NCBI GenBank assembly: GCA_023247795.1
Contig: JAHFFT010000001.1
Coordinates: 2,868 to 66,867 of the forward strand
Length of the DNA: 64,000 nt
DNA from: Candidatus Omnitrophota bacterium
Lineage (GTDB): Bacteria > Omnitrophota > Gorgyraeia > Zapsychrales > JANLHA01
Direction: 5' to 3'
In this document: piece by piece, positions 16,019 through 25,202 of the stretch
Layout: each line of letters starts with the position of its first letter
Position numbering within the stretch: the first letter of the stretch is position 1
Notes under the pieces: model-generated
What the model saw: the letters and a program-made list of their open reading frames with translations, nothing else
Database searches by the model: none
What the model was told of the DNA's origin: nothing
Program-made: the position numbers and the translations under genes

Positions 16019-19000
16019 CTAAAATTCTTGTAAAGACTTAACTCTTTTTGTTTCTTGATGATAGCTCAATTGCTCTTCGTTCGGTGGAACCGTTTTCCCG
16101 ATCAGAGCTGGTAAATTGGTCACAGGCTTGATCTCCATGATGATCGGCAGAAAGCCATCAAATTGTAAATTTTTAATCTGCTCCGGATCAAAATCAAACT
16201 TGATTGCTGGCCCTTCATTTTGAATCATCAGCTCCAAATTTTCCGGATTCAAGTCGATACCACCAACCTCCGATGAAGCATTTTGCGGAGCAATGGTAAT
16301 CGCCGACACCTGTGGATTATTTGTATTACCTAGAAAAAAGGAATCCTTCATCCCCGGAGCTAATACCAAATTTTGGTCTAATAAATCAAGATCATTGCTG
16401 TCTCCGTTTTCTTTCTTAACTTGATTTTTAGCAATGTCCCAGACCCCGCCAAACCCAAAATCGAAAGCCTTGCCAGCCCACCCAGGGTATCGAGCAAAAT
16501 CAATCTGAACAGCATTATCTTCTGCCATAACCGGCTTTCCAGTCTCTGGATCTCTGACCATCACTTTTCCCGTGGGATCAAAATAAAGTCCTAAATCCAA
16601 ATGCCAATTGACAATTTCTTGCGCGGTCTGCCGACTTTCACCGTTTGTTACCGCAAATGCCTTGGATTCAATCAACTGATTGATTTGGGCGGAAGCACTT
16701 TCTGACAAATCATGAGCGCTTTCAGAACGAGGCTTGGCATACCAAGATCTTTGAATCTCACCGGTTTCCGGGTCAAAGAGGGCCATGACCGCCTCCTGCC
16801 TTTTCCATTTGTATTGACCGGTAACGGTCGAATAAGTATCACTGCTGTAATAAAGTTCCATCCGATTATCACGCGAAGCCAAAACATAAATACGGTCGTG
16901 CATAAAAAACGCTTGATGGAACAGAAACAAATTGGGTTTACCTTCGGTTGTATTTTGACGGTTCTGCCTGACATATCTGGCAAATGCCTCTTTTGTGGGA
17001 GCATCCTTCGCGTTGATCACCTTGAATGAGTAATCCCCGCTGTTCACTTCGCCGATGACGCGATCTTCATCCCTGCGCCATTGAGCTTTTTTGTTTTTCT
17101 TGATCAGAAGTCTCTTGACCCGCCCCAATTCAACCGCCTTGGAAAATTTATAGCTCCGATATTTGTAGATCAATTCCGAAATGACGTATTTGAGATCCAC
17201 CACCTTCTCTGCCTTCTCAAATTGATAAACCAAAACGAGGTAATGCGTGATCAAAGCAAGAATATCGGCCTGATCACCCTCAGTTTTTACACCGAGTTCT
17301 TTGTCAACATCACGGATAAAATCCTGATCAATATACTCAGCCAGTTTTAGAATCCCATCTTTATCTTTCCCTAAAAAATATTTTTTCATCTCATCATTAA
17401 CTTCGATCGCCATTATTGTGTTCAACCGTTCTATTCTCCTTTCAAGCTTTAGTATTTCCTCTTGACCAAAATTTTCCTTTAACTGTAATTTTAGTAGCAC
17501 TAATTCATGCCTTCGTTCCGCGTTAGTCATTAATATGCTGCGGACTGGCACTTGAGTAAATTTGTGATACCCATTCGCCGTTAGGACCGGTGCTAAACGA
17601 TTCGCCTGAGCAAAAAAGTCAGCCCGATCTGACGGGTTTGTTGTAAGAACGATATCCAAGGCCAAAGCAATGAGATTGAGAATATTCCGGTAGCGGTCTG
17701 GATCAGATTGAAAAATCTTAGCCAAAGGAAAATCGACATCTAACTTGAAACGATTTCTTTCTTTTTCATCATTTTGGACAACAATCTTTAAAACGTTGCC
17801 GGGGCTGCGCTTTTTTATCGTTTTCTTGATTCGATCTCGATCGATATCCGCTTTCGTGATCTCATTGATCGCCATGGTTCCTTCTGTTCCAGCGGTCCCC
17901 TCGATTTCATCCTCGAATGCTTCAGGAACAGGTACGAGAGGGATATCCGACTTGGATTCTTTATGGCCTTCGACAATGGCAGCAATCGTTTGCTGTTGAA
18001 AATCTGTGAGATCTTCATCAACACCTGGTTTCGGTGTTCGAACAGGAAACCCTTTGCCAATCTCGGCCAAGACGGGTTTCAATTCACTCCATTCCTTAAT
18101 AGGCAATTTAGTAAATCGAGAACTTTCTCTCAATAAAACCAACCGCGAATAAATCCTGCCGACATGGCTTTCTGGTTCCAGTTCATCCAGTTCATGCAGA
18201 TCGATGGCTTCCAGCAACTCCGCGATATCATCCCTCGTTGCCTCAATCCTTTCCAAGTCACTCGCCACCGTCTGGCGAAAATACTCCATGACAACCTCTG
18301 ACGATTCCAAAATTTTTTTCATAGCGAACATCGCTTCTTCATCATCCATTTGATCACGGACCGAATTCATCCCTCTCGCGAAATAGCGAGTACATACCTC
18401 TGGTTCTCTTTCAAATTTCCCCAAAATCTTCGCAATCAACCCCTCACGTAATGCTGCTGCTAATTTTTGCACGTTCACACTGAATTTATTTTCCCTTCGA
18501 ATCATATCAAATGTTATAAGCTGACTGGCCGTAAGCTCTTGCTGACCTTTCCCACGTAAAATCTTGACCGCTTGCGGCAATTGCTTTTGTTGCGTTAGAA
18601 TGACGGCTAAAATCAATCGCTTTTGATCATCGGTCAATTGCGCGCTTTCTTTGATTCGCTTTTTTTCATCCAAATAATCCTGATTGGCATCAGCGACCAG
18701 GAACTTAACCGCGCGTTGCAAATATTCTGGCATTGCCTTGAGCATTTTATTATTTTGTAAAACATATCTTTGGTTTCCAGAATCGGGATCAAAAATTCTT
18801 CCGCAGCGCGTTGCGATGATTTTAAAAGGATACGAATCCCCGACCGAATCGTTATGAGTGGGTTCAAAATCAATCTTGCCCTCATCATCAATTCGACCTT
18901 CCAGCATCGTGGGCGTATACTCACTATGCATCGCCTCGGTTATCAAAACCTTTTCAACGGATTGATGGAACCGGCTTCTTTGATTTATCGCCAAGCTTTG

Positions 19001-22000
19001 AATTTTTTTGTCCGAAAGCGTAAACGCGCTTTTCCACGCAACACCGATGCCATTTTTCGATTTCAAATCTTGAATCTGAAACCGATACCCTTGCTGTTCA
19101 CTGCCCAAAACTTGAACTGAAAAATTCCTTCCCGAAAGCTTATCGTCATTCGCGAATAATAGCTCTGCCCCAGCACCCCTACCAACGATAAATTCCTTAC
19201 CTACGCTAAATGCCCTCACATCCCCAGCTAGTGCTGTGTCAATTGTTTTATCTGGAAACGCCTGTAGGTAGGCACGATCACCCGCAACCCAAAGCCGATA
19301 CCAACCTGTTCCGGCTTGGATCCAAACATCATCAATCAACTCTTGCATTCCCGTATCCAAGACCTTCTCTTCCCTCGTTTTCATATTTCTATCGTCTAAG
19401 ACTTGATCTTTAGTTTTGACCATCCTTTCCCATTCCACGGTGATGGATCTATCTGTATAAGTCCCTGTCTTAACTCGATAATTCTCTGTCCCTGGAATAG
19501 GGTCTACGACGATATAACAATGTTCCGATTGAAGGTTGGGATCATTCGGGAAATAAAGTTCATCGATCTGCTTATTTTTTCCAAAAGCATGGAGCTCTCC
19601 TAAACTTATTTTGTAAACTTTCGATTCGTTTGAGGGCGGACCATTCTTGATGTCATGCTGCAGGACCCGGACCTGGTTGTTCACAACCCGAATACTGTAC
19701 CAAAATTTTCCACCCTCGGGCTGGATCCACTGGACCCTACCGGGCAACAAAACAAATTCAACCGGTGCCGGAGTTTGCGATTCTCCCCGCCTATTGTTCG
19801 TCGGAGCCAAAACAACCGGCTTGCCCGCTTTTGTTTTCATATACCTTGCTGTTGCTCCTACTTTGGGAGCTGAATTAACCACAGCAGCATTGTCCATCGA
19901 TCTTTGAATGCCAATCAGATTGGATAAATTCTGATAGACACGGTGATAAAATCTTGCGTCTTGAGGAAAAAAGTCGGAGTCATAAATAAGACGGTTTGCC
20001 CACCCCAATGATAACCAATCCTTTTTCCGCAATTCGCTCATGATTTCAGCCTTTTCCACGAGACTTAAAACTTTCTCTTGTTTGAAATAATTTAAGGCTG
20101 CGTCATAATCATTTTTTAAAAGCGCCCCTAACAATTTAAAAGTTGCGTCGTTTTCTTTAGAATCACTTTGCATTTCACGCAAATATTGCACCAAATGATC
20201 CGCAGAAACTTGTTGAGGATATCTCTCTTGTAATTTCGCTTTCACGCGATTTTTAACTCGCAAAAAATTTTCGGTCGCATGTTCACCAAGCAAATAAGAA
20301 CGCTGCAACTCAGGTGTTTTCATGAAATTGAGCATTAAAGCATTGTCCACCGTACCAAAATAAGGATGAGCCTCTAGCGCATCCATATAACTACTCATTT
20401 TAGCAACGACTGCATCAAAGTCGTCGAAATCACCAGCGCTATACCCATCCTTCATGAGTGCCTCGGCAATGCCCTCTATCATTCGATCTTCATCAGGATT
20501 TTGAGATTCCACTGCGGTACCGATGGTGCTGACTTTATCTTGACGACCCGCGTTGGAATCAAGCAGTTGCTCCCGGTCCTGCTCGGTATATGCCCCGGTC
20601 CCCGTTCGTTGATCCGCCGTGACCCATTCTGCCGGTTGTTCCAGCAGTCCTAACTGCTCTCTGGCCCGTTTGATTTTGACCCGCCCATTGATTTCACTCA
20701 GCTCGTGCTGTTCGACCGCCTCGGTCATATCGTCGCTGAAACCGAGGACAATCCACTCTCCCCGGACCTTATCGAAATAGTTGATCGCCTTGATCCCGGC
20801 CTTGGCTCCGGTTTTACTGCTCATATGGTTGATCACCCATTTATCAAAAACTTTTCCTAATTCTGTTTCTTTCGCCCCGCGATCAATGCGGATGACCTTG
20901 ACTTTGTAGTTTAAGTCCTTTTGATTGATAACTTGCTGCCCCTCATAATCCAAGGTCTCGCCTGCTGCCACCTGCTGCTCAATCGACGGAGAAGCTGTTG
21001 GCAAAAACCCATTCTGGTCAAGAAGCCCAACGATATGATTCAAAATCTGGTCTTCACTGGCGTTTTCAGGAAGTTTTTTCCCCTTGGCAACGGTGTTCAA
21101 CAAACGAATCATCCGGTTATAATAGGTTACCGGGGTGACAACCGCGGAGGCATTATAAACTTTTTGGTTTTCTAATTGCGCGGAGGTTAAATTCTGAGCT
21201 TCTGATGAGACATCAATGGTGGTGACACCACTAACCTCTGTTCCTTTAAATCCTCCGGAAAAATATTTCCTCGGGATGGAGGCTTGAAGATACGGATCAT
21301 AATCTTCTTTGATGTAGTTATAAACCCCCTGCTTGAAGGCCGCGATATACTGCTCATAAATCTGCTGTTGACCGTCCTTGTCATCTGAATCAACTCCGAC
21401 GACCTTATTTTTATCCACATAAATGCTGTCGAGAATGCTTTCGCGCAACTTCTTTTTGAACCAGGTCGCGAGGATCATGGCGTTGTAAATCTGGCGCAAT
21501 TGGGCAAAATTCTGACCTTCATTGACTTCTTTTTCGATCGTCGGTAAAACGATTTTCTTGACGATGTCTGAAGAAAAAGTACTGACGCTACCAACATCCG
21601 TGTTAGTCAATGACTCCGTCCCTAAATTTTTATTGCCTCGATTGGAATCCAGAGCGAGATAATCTTCTTCCAACATCACCTGCAAATGACTTTCAATCAC
21701 AAAAGCGGTCGCGCCATTTTCATAGACCCGGGCCTTGTCAGGAACAATCCAGACTTTATTGAAGGTATTGATCGGGACGTTGGTGGTACCATATTCCTGA
21801 TAGGCCTTTTCATAAATTTCCTTCCAAAACTGCGCACCCAGCTCTTTTTCCGGGTAGATCAAAGAGGCAGTGATTTGCTTTAACAGATAGTCCTGGGCCA
21901 AAAGATCGCGCCCCATCTCGGTCTGACCAAACTGTTCGGGAATGATCCGATTTTCTTCATAGGGCGACAAATTGACCCACAAGTCCTTTTCCGGGACCGT

Positions 22001-22300
22001 CAGGGTTGCTAAAAAATATTTGATCATCTTTTGCGATTCTTCCTTCAAGGCTTGATCAGACAGCGTTTGGTCCCCAGGTGTTACGATGAAATCAAACCGA
22101 AAAGGGTTATTAGGGAAAACCTTCACCCCCTTTAACAAGGCCGGCGCAAAGGCCTGGCTTAGCCCGACCATCGAGCCTGCCTGCGGAAGATTGAGCGGTT
22201 GAATTTGCGCGAAACCATTCCCGGGGCTGATCAGATTGAAAAAAAAAGTGAAAATAATCAGCAGATTGATACTTCGATATTTTTTGATTTGCTTTGCCAT
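16019..22300 (-). CDS. Giant secreted protein (2093 aa), function unknown; two FHA-like segments and a C-terminal domain shared with 60206..64000
   Basis: Single uninterrupted ORF. Signal peptide MAKQIKKYRSINLLIIFTFFFNLISPGNGFA. FHA-like stretches are encoded at ~19427..19600 and ~19033..19190 (FIVGRGAGAELLFANDDKLSGRNFSV...IQDLKSKNGIGVAW). The C-terminal sequence is VGGIDLNPENLELMIQNEGPAIKFDFDPEQIKNLQFDGFLPIIMEIKPVTNLPALIGK. Confidence 0.8.
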   Translation of the reverse strand: MAKQIKKYRSINLLIIFTFFFNLISPGNGFAQIQPLNLPQAGSMVGLSQAFAPALLKGVKVFPNNPFRFDFIVTPGDQTLSDQALKEESQKMIKYFLATLTVPEKDLWVNLSPYEENRIIPEQFGQTEMGRDLLAQDYLLKQITASLIYPEKELGAQFWKEIYEKAYQEYGTTNVPINTFNKVWIVPDKARVYENGATAFVIESHLQVMLEEDYLALDSNRGNKNLGTESLTNTDVGSVSTFSSDIVKKIVLPTIEKEVNEGQNFAQLRQIYNAMILATWFKKKLRESILDSIYVDKNKVVGVDSDDKDGQQQIYEQYIAAFKQGVYNYIKEDYDPYLQASIPRKYFSGGFKGTEVSGVTTIDVSSEAQNLTSAQLENQKVYNASAVVTPVTYYNRMIRLLNTVAKGKKLPENASEDQILNHIVGLLDQNGFLPTASPSIEQQVAAGETLDYEGQQVINQKDLNYKVKVIRIDRGAKETELGKVFDKWVINHMSSKTGAKAGIKAINYFDKVRGEWIVLGFSDDMTEAVEQHELSEINGRVKIKRAREQLGLLEQPAEWVTADQRTGTGAYTEQDREQLLDSNAGRQDKVSTIGTAVESQNPDEDRMIEGIAEALMKDGYSAGDFDDFDAVVAKMSSYMDALEAHPYFGTVDNALMLNFMKTPELQRSYLLGEHATENFLRVKNRVKAKLQERYPQQVSADHLVQYLREMQSDSKENDATFKLLGALLKNDYDAALNYFKQEKVLSLVEKAEIMSELRKKDWLSLGWANRLIYDSDFFPQDARFYHRVYQNLSNLIGIQRSMDNAAVVNSAPKVGATARYMKTKAGKPVVLAPTNNRRGESQTPAPVEFVLLPGRVQWIQPEGGKFWYSIRVVNNQVRVLQHDIKNGPPSNESKVYKISLGELHAFGKNKQIDELYFPNDPNLQSEHCYIVVDPIPGTENYRVKTGTYTDRSITVEWERMVKTKDQVLDDRNMKTREEKVLDTGMQELIDDVWIQAGTGWYRLWVAGDRAYLQAFPDKTIDTALAGDVRAFSVGKEFIVGRGAGAELLFANDDKLSGRNFSVQVLGSEQQGYRFQIQDLKSKNGIGVAWKSAFTLSDKKIQSLAINQRSRFHQSVEKVLITEAMHSEYTPTMLEGRIDDEGKIDFEPTHNDSVGDSYPFKIIATRCGRIFDPDSGNQRYVLQNNKMLKAMPEYLQRAVKFLVADANQDYLDEKKRIKESAQLTDDQKRLILAVILTQQKQLPQAVKILRGKGQQELTASQLITFDMIRRENKFSVNVQKLAAALREGLIAKILGKFEREPEVCTRYFARGMNSVRDQMDDEEAMFAMKKILESSEVVMEYFRQTVASDLERIEATRDDIAELLEAIDLHELDELEPESHVGRIYSRLVLLRESSRFTKLPIKEWSELKPVLAEIGKGFPVRTPKPGVDEDLTDFQQQTIAAIVEGHKESKSDIPLVPVPEAFEDEIEGTAGTEGTMAINEITKADIDRDRIKKTIKKRSPGNVLKIVVQNDEKERNRFKLDVDFPLAKIFQSDPDRYRNILNLIALALDIVLTTNPSDRADFFAQANRLAPVLTANGYHKFTQVPVRSILMTNAERRHELVLLKLQLKENFGQEEILKLERRIERLNTIMAIEVNDEMKKYFLGKDKDGILKLAEYIDQDFIRDVDKELGVKTEGDQADILALITHYLVLVYQFEKAEKVVDLKYVISELIYKYRSYKFSKAVELGRVKRLLIKKNKKAQWRRDEDRVIGEVNSGDYSFKVINAKDAPTKEAFARYVRQNRQNTTEGKPNLFLFHQAFFMHDRIYVLASRDNRMELYYSSDTYSTVTGQYKWKRQEAVMALFDPETGEIQRSWYAKPRSESAHDLSESASAQINQLIESKAFAVTNGESRQTAQEIVNWHLDLGLYFDPTGKVMVRDPETGKPVMAEDNAVQIDFARYPGWAGKAFDFGFGGVWDIAKNQVKKENGDSNDLDLLDQNLVLAPGMKDSFFLGNTNNPQVSAITIAPQNASSEVGGIDLNPENLELMIQNEGPAIKFDFDPEQIKNLQFDGFLPIIMEIKPVTNLPALIGKTVPPNEEQLSYHQETKRVKSLQEF

Positions 22301-22450
22301 GCTTTGTAAATGGTTGAAATTCCGTAATATGTTATACCTTTAAAAGTATAACACCTGATGATAGGAATGAAAGGCGTGGGGGGTTTTGGGAGGAAGCGCT
22401 TTCACGATACTTTAAGGAGGTTAGGGTAGGGACTTCTTTGCAGAGATCAA

Positions 22451-22498
22451 GCTACAAGTCTCAAGTTGCAAGTTGCAAGATACTTGAACTTGAGACTG
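22451..22498. repeat. Phased CAAGTNN heptad array forming a hairpin (3' UTR of 22515..23105)
   Basis: CAAGT at 22455, 22462 and 22469, and CAAGA at 22476 (exact 7-nt phasing). The inverted AACTTGAGACT pairs with AGTCTCAAGTT. Confidence 0.7.
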
Positions 22499-22514
22499 GA
22501 ACCATCGCTGTCCC

Positions 22515-23105
22515 CTATTTGCCTCTTACGATTTCTTCAAAGGCCTTTTGCGGACATATGTGCTTAAGGATATAATTCAGCAAAACCGACGCCAAGGAAC
22601 GGAGCCTTTTATCAACCTTTGGATCGAGACACTTTCCTTGATCGTCAAAGAGCTGATGAACGCCCGCCACCGATACAACGTCAGGTAAGACCACCGCGCC
22701 AATGTGCGCGCATACACTGCGTAAATGTTCCAAGGCCTTAATCGCCCCAATCTGTCCGGAAGCAACACCCAATAAGACAACCGGCTTTCCCGCCAACACC
22801 GACGGGTAACCTAAATTTTCAATGATCAATTTGATCACACTGCTATAGCTGCCGTGATATTCTGGTGTTGCTAAAATGATCCCGGTCGCCTGAGCAACTT
22901 TCGCCTTGATATCCTTCACCGACCGGCCTTCGCTTTCGCCTGGAAAAGCAAGGGTCAAACAGCCCGGATCAAGGATGTCGACCTCCAATGAATGGCTGTT
23001 CTTAAGCTCCGCAAGGACAATATCAAGCGCCTTGCGAGTAAAACTATCCCGACGGACACTGCCCAAAATAGCCACAATCCTAATCTTTTGTTCTTTTTTC
23101 ATCAT
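22515..23105 (-). CDS. NAD(P)H-dependent FMN reductase family protein
   Basis: IRIVAILGSVRRDSFTRK and LATPEYHGSYSSVIK are flavodoxin-like FMN reductase motifs. Confidence 0.8.
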   Translation of the reverse strand: MMKKEQKIRIVAILGSVRRDSFTRKALDIVLAELKNSHSLEVDILDPGCLTLAFPGESEGRSVKDIKAKVAQATGIILATPEYHGSYSSVIKLIIENLGYPSVLAGKPVVLLGVASGQIGAIKALEHLRSVCAHIGAVVLPDVVSVAGVHQLFDDQGKCLDPKVDKRLRSLASVLLNYILKHICPQKAFEEIVRGK

Positions 23106-24775
23106 TGACCCTTTCCTTCCACCCCTCGTTCAAGAAGATAAATCTTCAATTCTTCGGGAATCGGCTGCCCCCACAAAGCCAATTTCTCAACACACTGCTT
23201 GGCTTGGTCCGGCTGCCCATTGCGATGATAAATTGAAGCCAGTTGATAATACGCTTGAAACAAATAGGGATCGATAGCTACCGCCTTCTGCAGCGAAGCA
23301 ATCGCCTGCTCAATCTTATTCTCTCGGAAATATAACAACCCAAGATTGAAATGCGCTGAGGCATATTCTGGGTTCAATTTGATTTCATTTTGATAAGCCT
23401 GTTCAGCCAGTTCAACCTGATTCGCCGCCGCATAAATCAATCCCAGATTATTATAGACCATGGGTTCCTGATCGTTGAGCTGCAGGGCCTTTTGATACTC
23501 ATCAATCGCCGCCGGGTAATCGCTTTTCAAATAATAAACCACACCCAAATTTTTGTGGGCCAACGCGCAATGCGGTGAGTGTTCAACCGCGTCCTTCCAA
23601 AAACTAAAAGGTCCCTGATAATTTTGGCTGTACTGAAAGGTCAGGACCGCCAAACCAACAACACTCACGCTCATCAGCAAATATTTCAAATTTTCAAATT
23701 GCAAAATCTTCTTAACCAAATCCGTTTCGAATAAAAACAGGAGGATCCCGATGATGGGAAGATAAAGACGGTATTCATGATCAACAAAACTAATAAATAA
23801 CGACGGCAATAAAAACAACAAATACCATAACAAACCCAACATCATGACCCGCCGCCGCTTTTGAGGCGAACGTTTCCACAACACGACGAGCACGGTAAAA
23901 GCAGCTAGTCCATACCAAGGATGAAGGTCTTGCAACAACGGAAACGGCGACAAATTGAAAGGGAAAAAAACCTTGCCAAGATACGTTATCAGCGACGGCA
24001 AATTCAGCAGAGATTTTGGCAGCGCCTGCGCTAGCGGCACGCCTAACCCATGACCAAGAACCAAAGACCGGATCACCAGCCAACTGATCAAAAGCACCCC
24101 CCAAGCGCCGAAATAAAAATGGAGTCTTTGCAAAGCAGCTCGCGGAACGGCAACGACCAGAAGTAAAAGAACATAAAATAAAGGAACAACGACCGCGGTC
24201 TCTTTTGTGAAAAGGGCCAAGACAAAAAAAAGATTTTGCAGTAAAAACATTCCCCAACGGTTTGATTGCAAAAAGTCCAGCCAGCACAGCAATGAGAGAA
24301 GAACAAAAATCGCCAACAAGGAATCGGTGCGCCCGGGGATCCAAACCACGGCCTGGGTGAGTGCCGGGTGCGCTAAAAAAATCAGACTCGCCCAAAGGCT
24401 TTGCTCTTTCGTGAAATTAAGTCGCAGAAAAAAAATAAAGAGCAGCCCACTATTCAAGACATGGATCAAAATATTCGTCAGATGATAACCCAACAGATTT
24501 TGTCCGTATAGCTGGGCATCCAGCATAAAGGAAAGACTTAAAACTGGACGATAAAAAACCGCAGAAACCAAATCTGGATTGAGAAAGATATCTTTCATCT
24601 TAGTAAAATCTTTCAAAAGCCAGTGCTTATCAAAAATCCACACTTGATCATCGAGCAGGGTCAAATCAAAAAAAAGGCTTTGCCAAAACAAAAGCACCCC
24701 CAGTAGCAAAAATAAACCTATGAAGGCGAATCGCGCTAATACCGAATGGCTTTTCAAGGAGGAAGGATGCTCCAT
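23102..24775 (-). CDS. Polytopic membrane protein with C-terminal TPR repeats (GT-C/PMT-like glycosyltransferase architecture)
   Basis: About 11 hydrophobic segments, then TPR units (NLGVVYYLKSDYPAAIDEYQKAL, NLGLIYAAANQVELAEQAY, NLGLLYFRENKIEQAIASL). There is a 4-nt overlap with the FMN reductase gene. Confidence 0.6.
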   Translation of the reverse strand: MEHPSSLKSHSVLARFAFIGLFLLLGVLLFWQSLFFDLTLLDDQVWIFDKHWLLKDFTKMKDIFLNPDLVSAVFYRPVLSLSFMLDAQLYGQNLLGYHLTNILIHVLNSGLLFIFFLRLNFTKEQSLWASLIFLAHPALTQAVVWIPGRTDSLLAIFVLLSLLCWLDFLQSNRWGMFLLQNLFFVLALFTKETAVVVPLFYVLLLLVVAVPRAALQRLHFYFGAWGVLLISWLVIRSLVLGHGLGVPLAQALPKSLLNLPSLITYLGKVFFPFNLSPFPLLQDLHPWYGLAAFTVLVVLWKRSPQKRRRVMMLGLLWYLLFLLPSLFISFVDHEYRLYLPIIGILLFLFETDLVKKILQFENLKYLLMSVSVVGLAVLTFQYSQNYQGPFSFWKDAVEHSPHCALAHKNLGVVYYLKSDYPAAIDEYQKALQLNDQEPMVYNNLGLIYAAANQVELAEQAYQNEIKLNPEYASAHFNLGLLYFRENKIEQAIASLQKAVAIDPYLFQAYYQLASIYHRNGQPDQAKQCVEKLALWGQPIPEELKIYLLERGVEGKGQ

Positions 24776-24849
24776 CAGAATGGAAATACCTTAGAAAATT
24801 GATTGCGGATGACAAAAAAGCTATTTAAAATATAGCGACAGGAGCAAAA

Positions 24850-25194
24850 ATGCCTTACCAGGCTTTCATCAATAAAATCCGGCAGTGGGACAATCAAGCT
24901 TCGAAATGGATCCTCAGACATTTCTATATGATCTTCTTCGAATTTGTTTTGGTTATTATTTTTTTCGTCTTTTTATTCAATACGTTTCACTCGATTGATC
25001 TAGCAAAGACTCCGAATCAAAATTTGACGGAGCAGCTGCTGAGCCAGCAGCTGCTCAACACCTCAATGATCACCCTTTTACTTCTGCTCAATTCTTTTTG
25101 GCTGCTTTATCTGTTCAATGGGATGAACCGCATCCGTCTCTTACTTAAGGACATTGGCTTTCAACTGCTGCGCCGCCGGCACCAAGATGGTTGA
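24850..25194 (+). CDS. Small hypothetical membrane protein (2 TM)
   Basis: AGGAG lies 5 nt upstream of the ATG. Hydrophobic segments MIFFEFVLVIIFFVFLF and ITLLLLLNSFWLLYLF. This is the only plus-strand gene in the region. Confidence 0.55.
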   Translation: MPYQAFINKIRQWDNQASKWILRHFYMIFFEFVLVIIFFVFLFNTFHSIDLAKTPNQNLTEQLLSQQLLNTSMITLLLLLNSFWLLYLFNGMNRIRLLLKDIGFQLLRRRHQDG

Positions 25195-25202
25195 CGTCCG
25201 CG

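Noticed and set aside
22301-22450. Possible third riboswitch or ncRNA upstream of the giant gene (contains GCAAAG and G-rich runs)
   Set aside because: It lacks the GGCAAAC / GNRA hairpin / CGCAAAGCC arrangement seen at the two GEMM-I sites, and no terminator follows.
23790-24395. 201-aa same-strand alternative-frame ORF inside the TPR membrane protein gene
   Set aside because: It overlaps a 557-aa ORF that has coherent TM and TPR architecture. It has no start context of its own.
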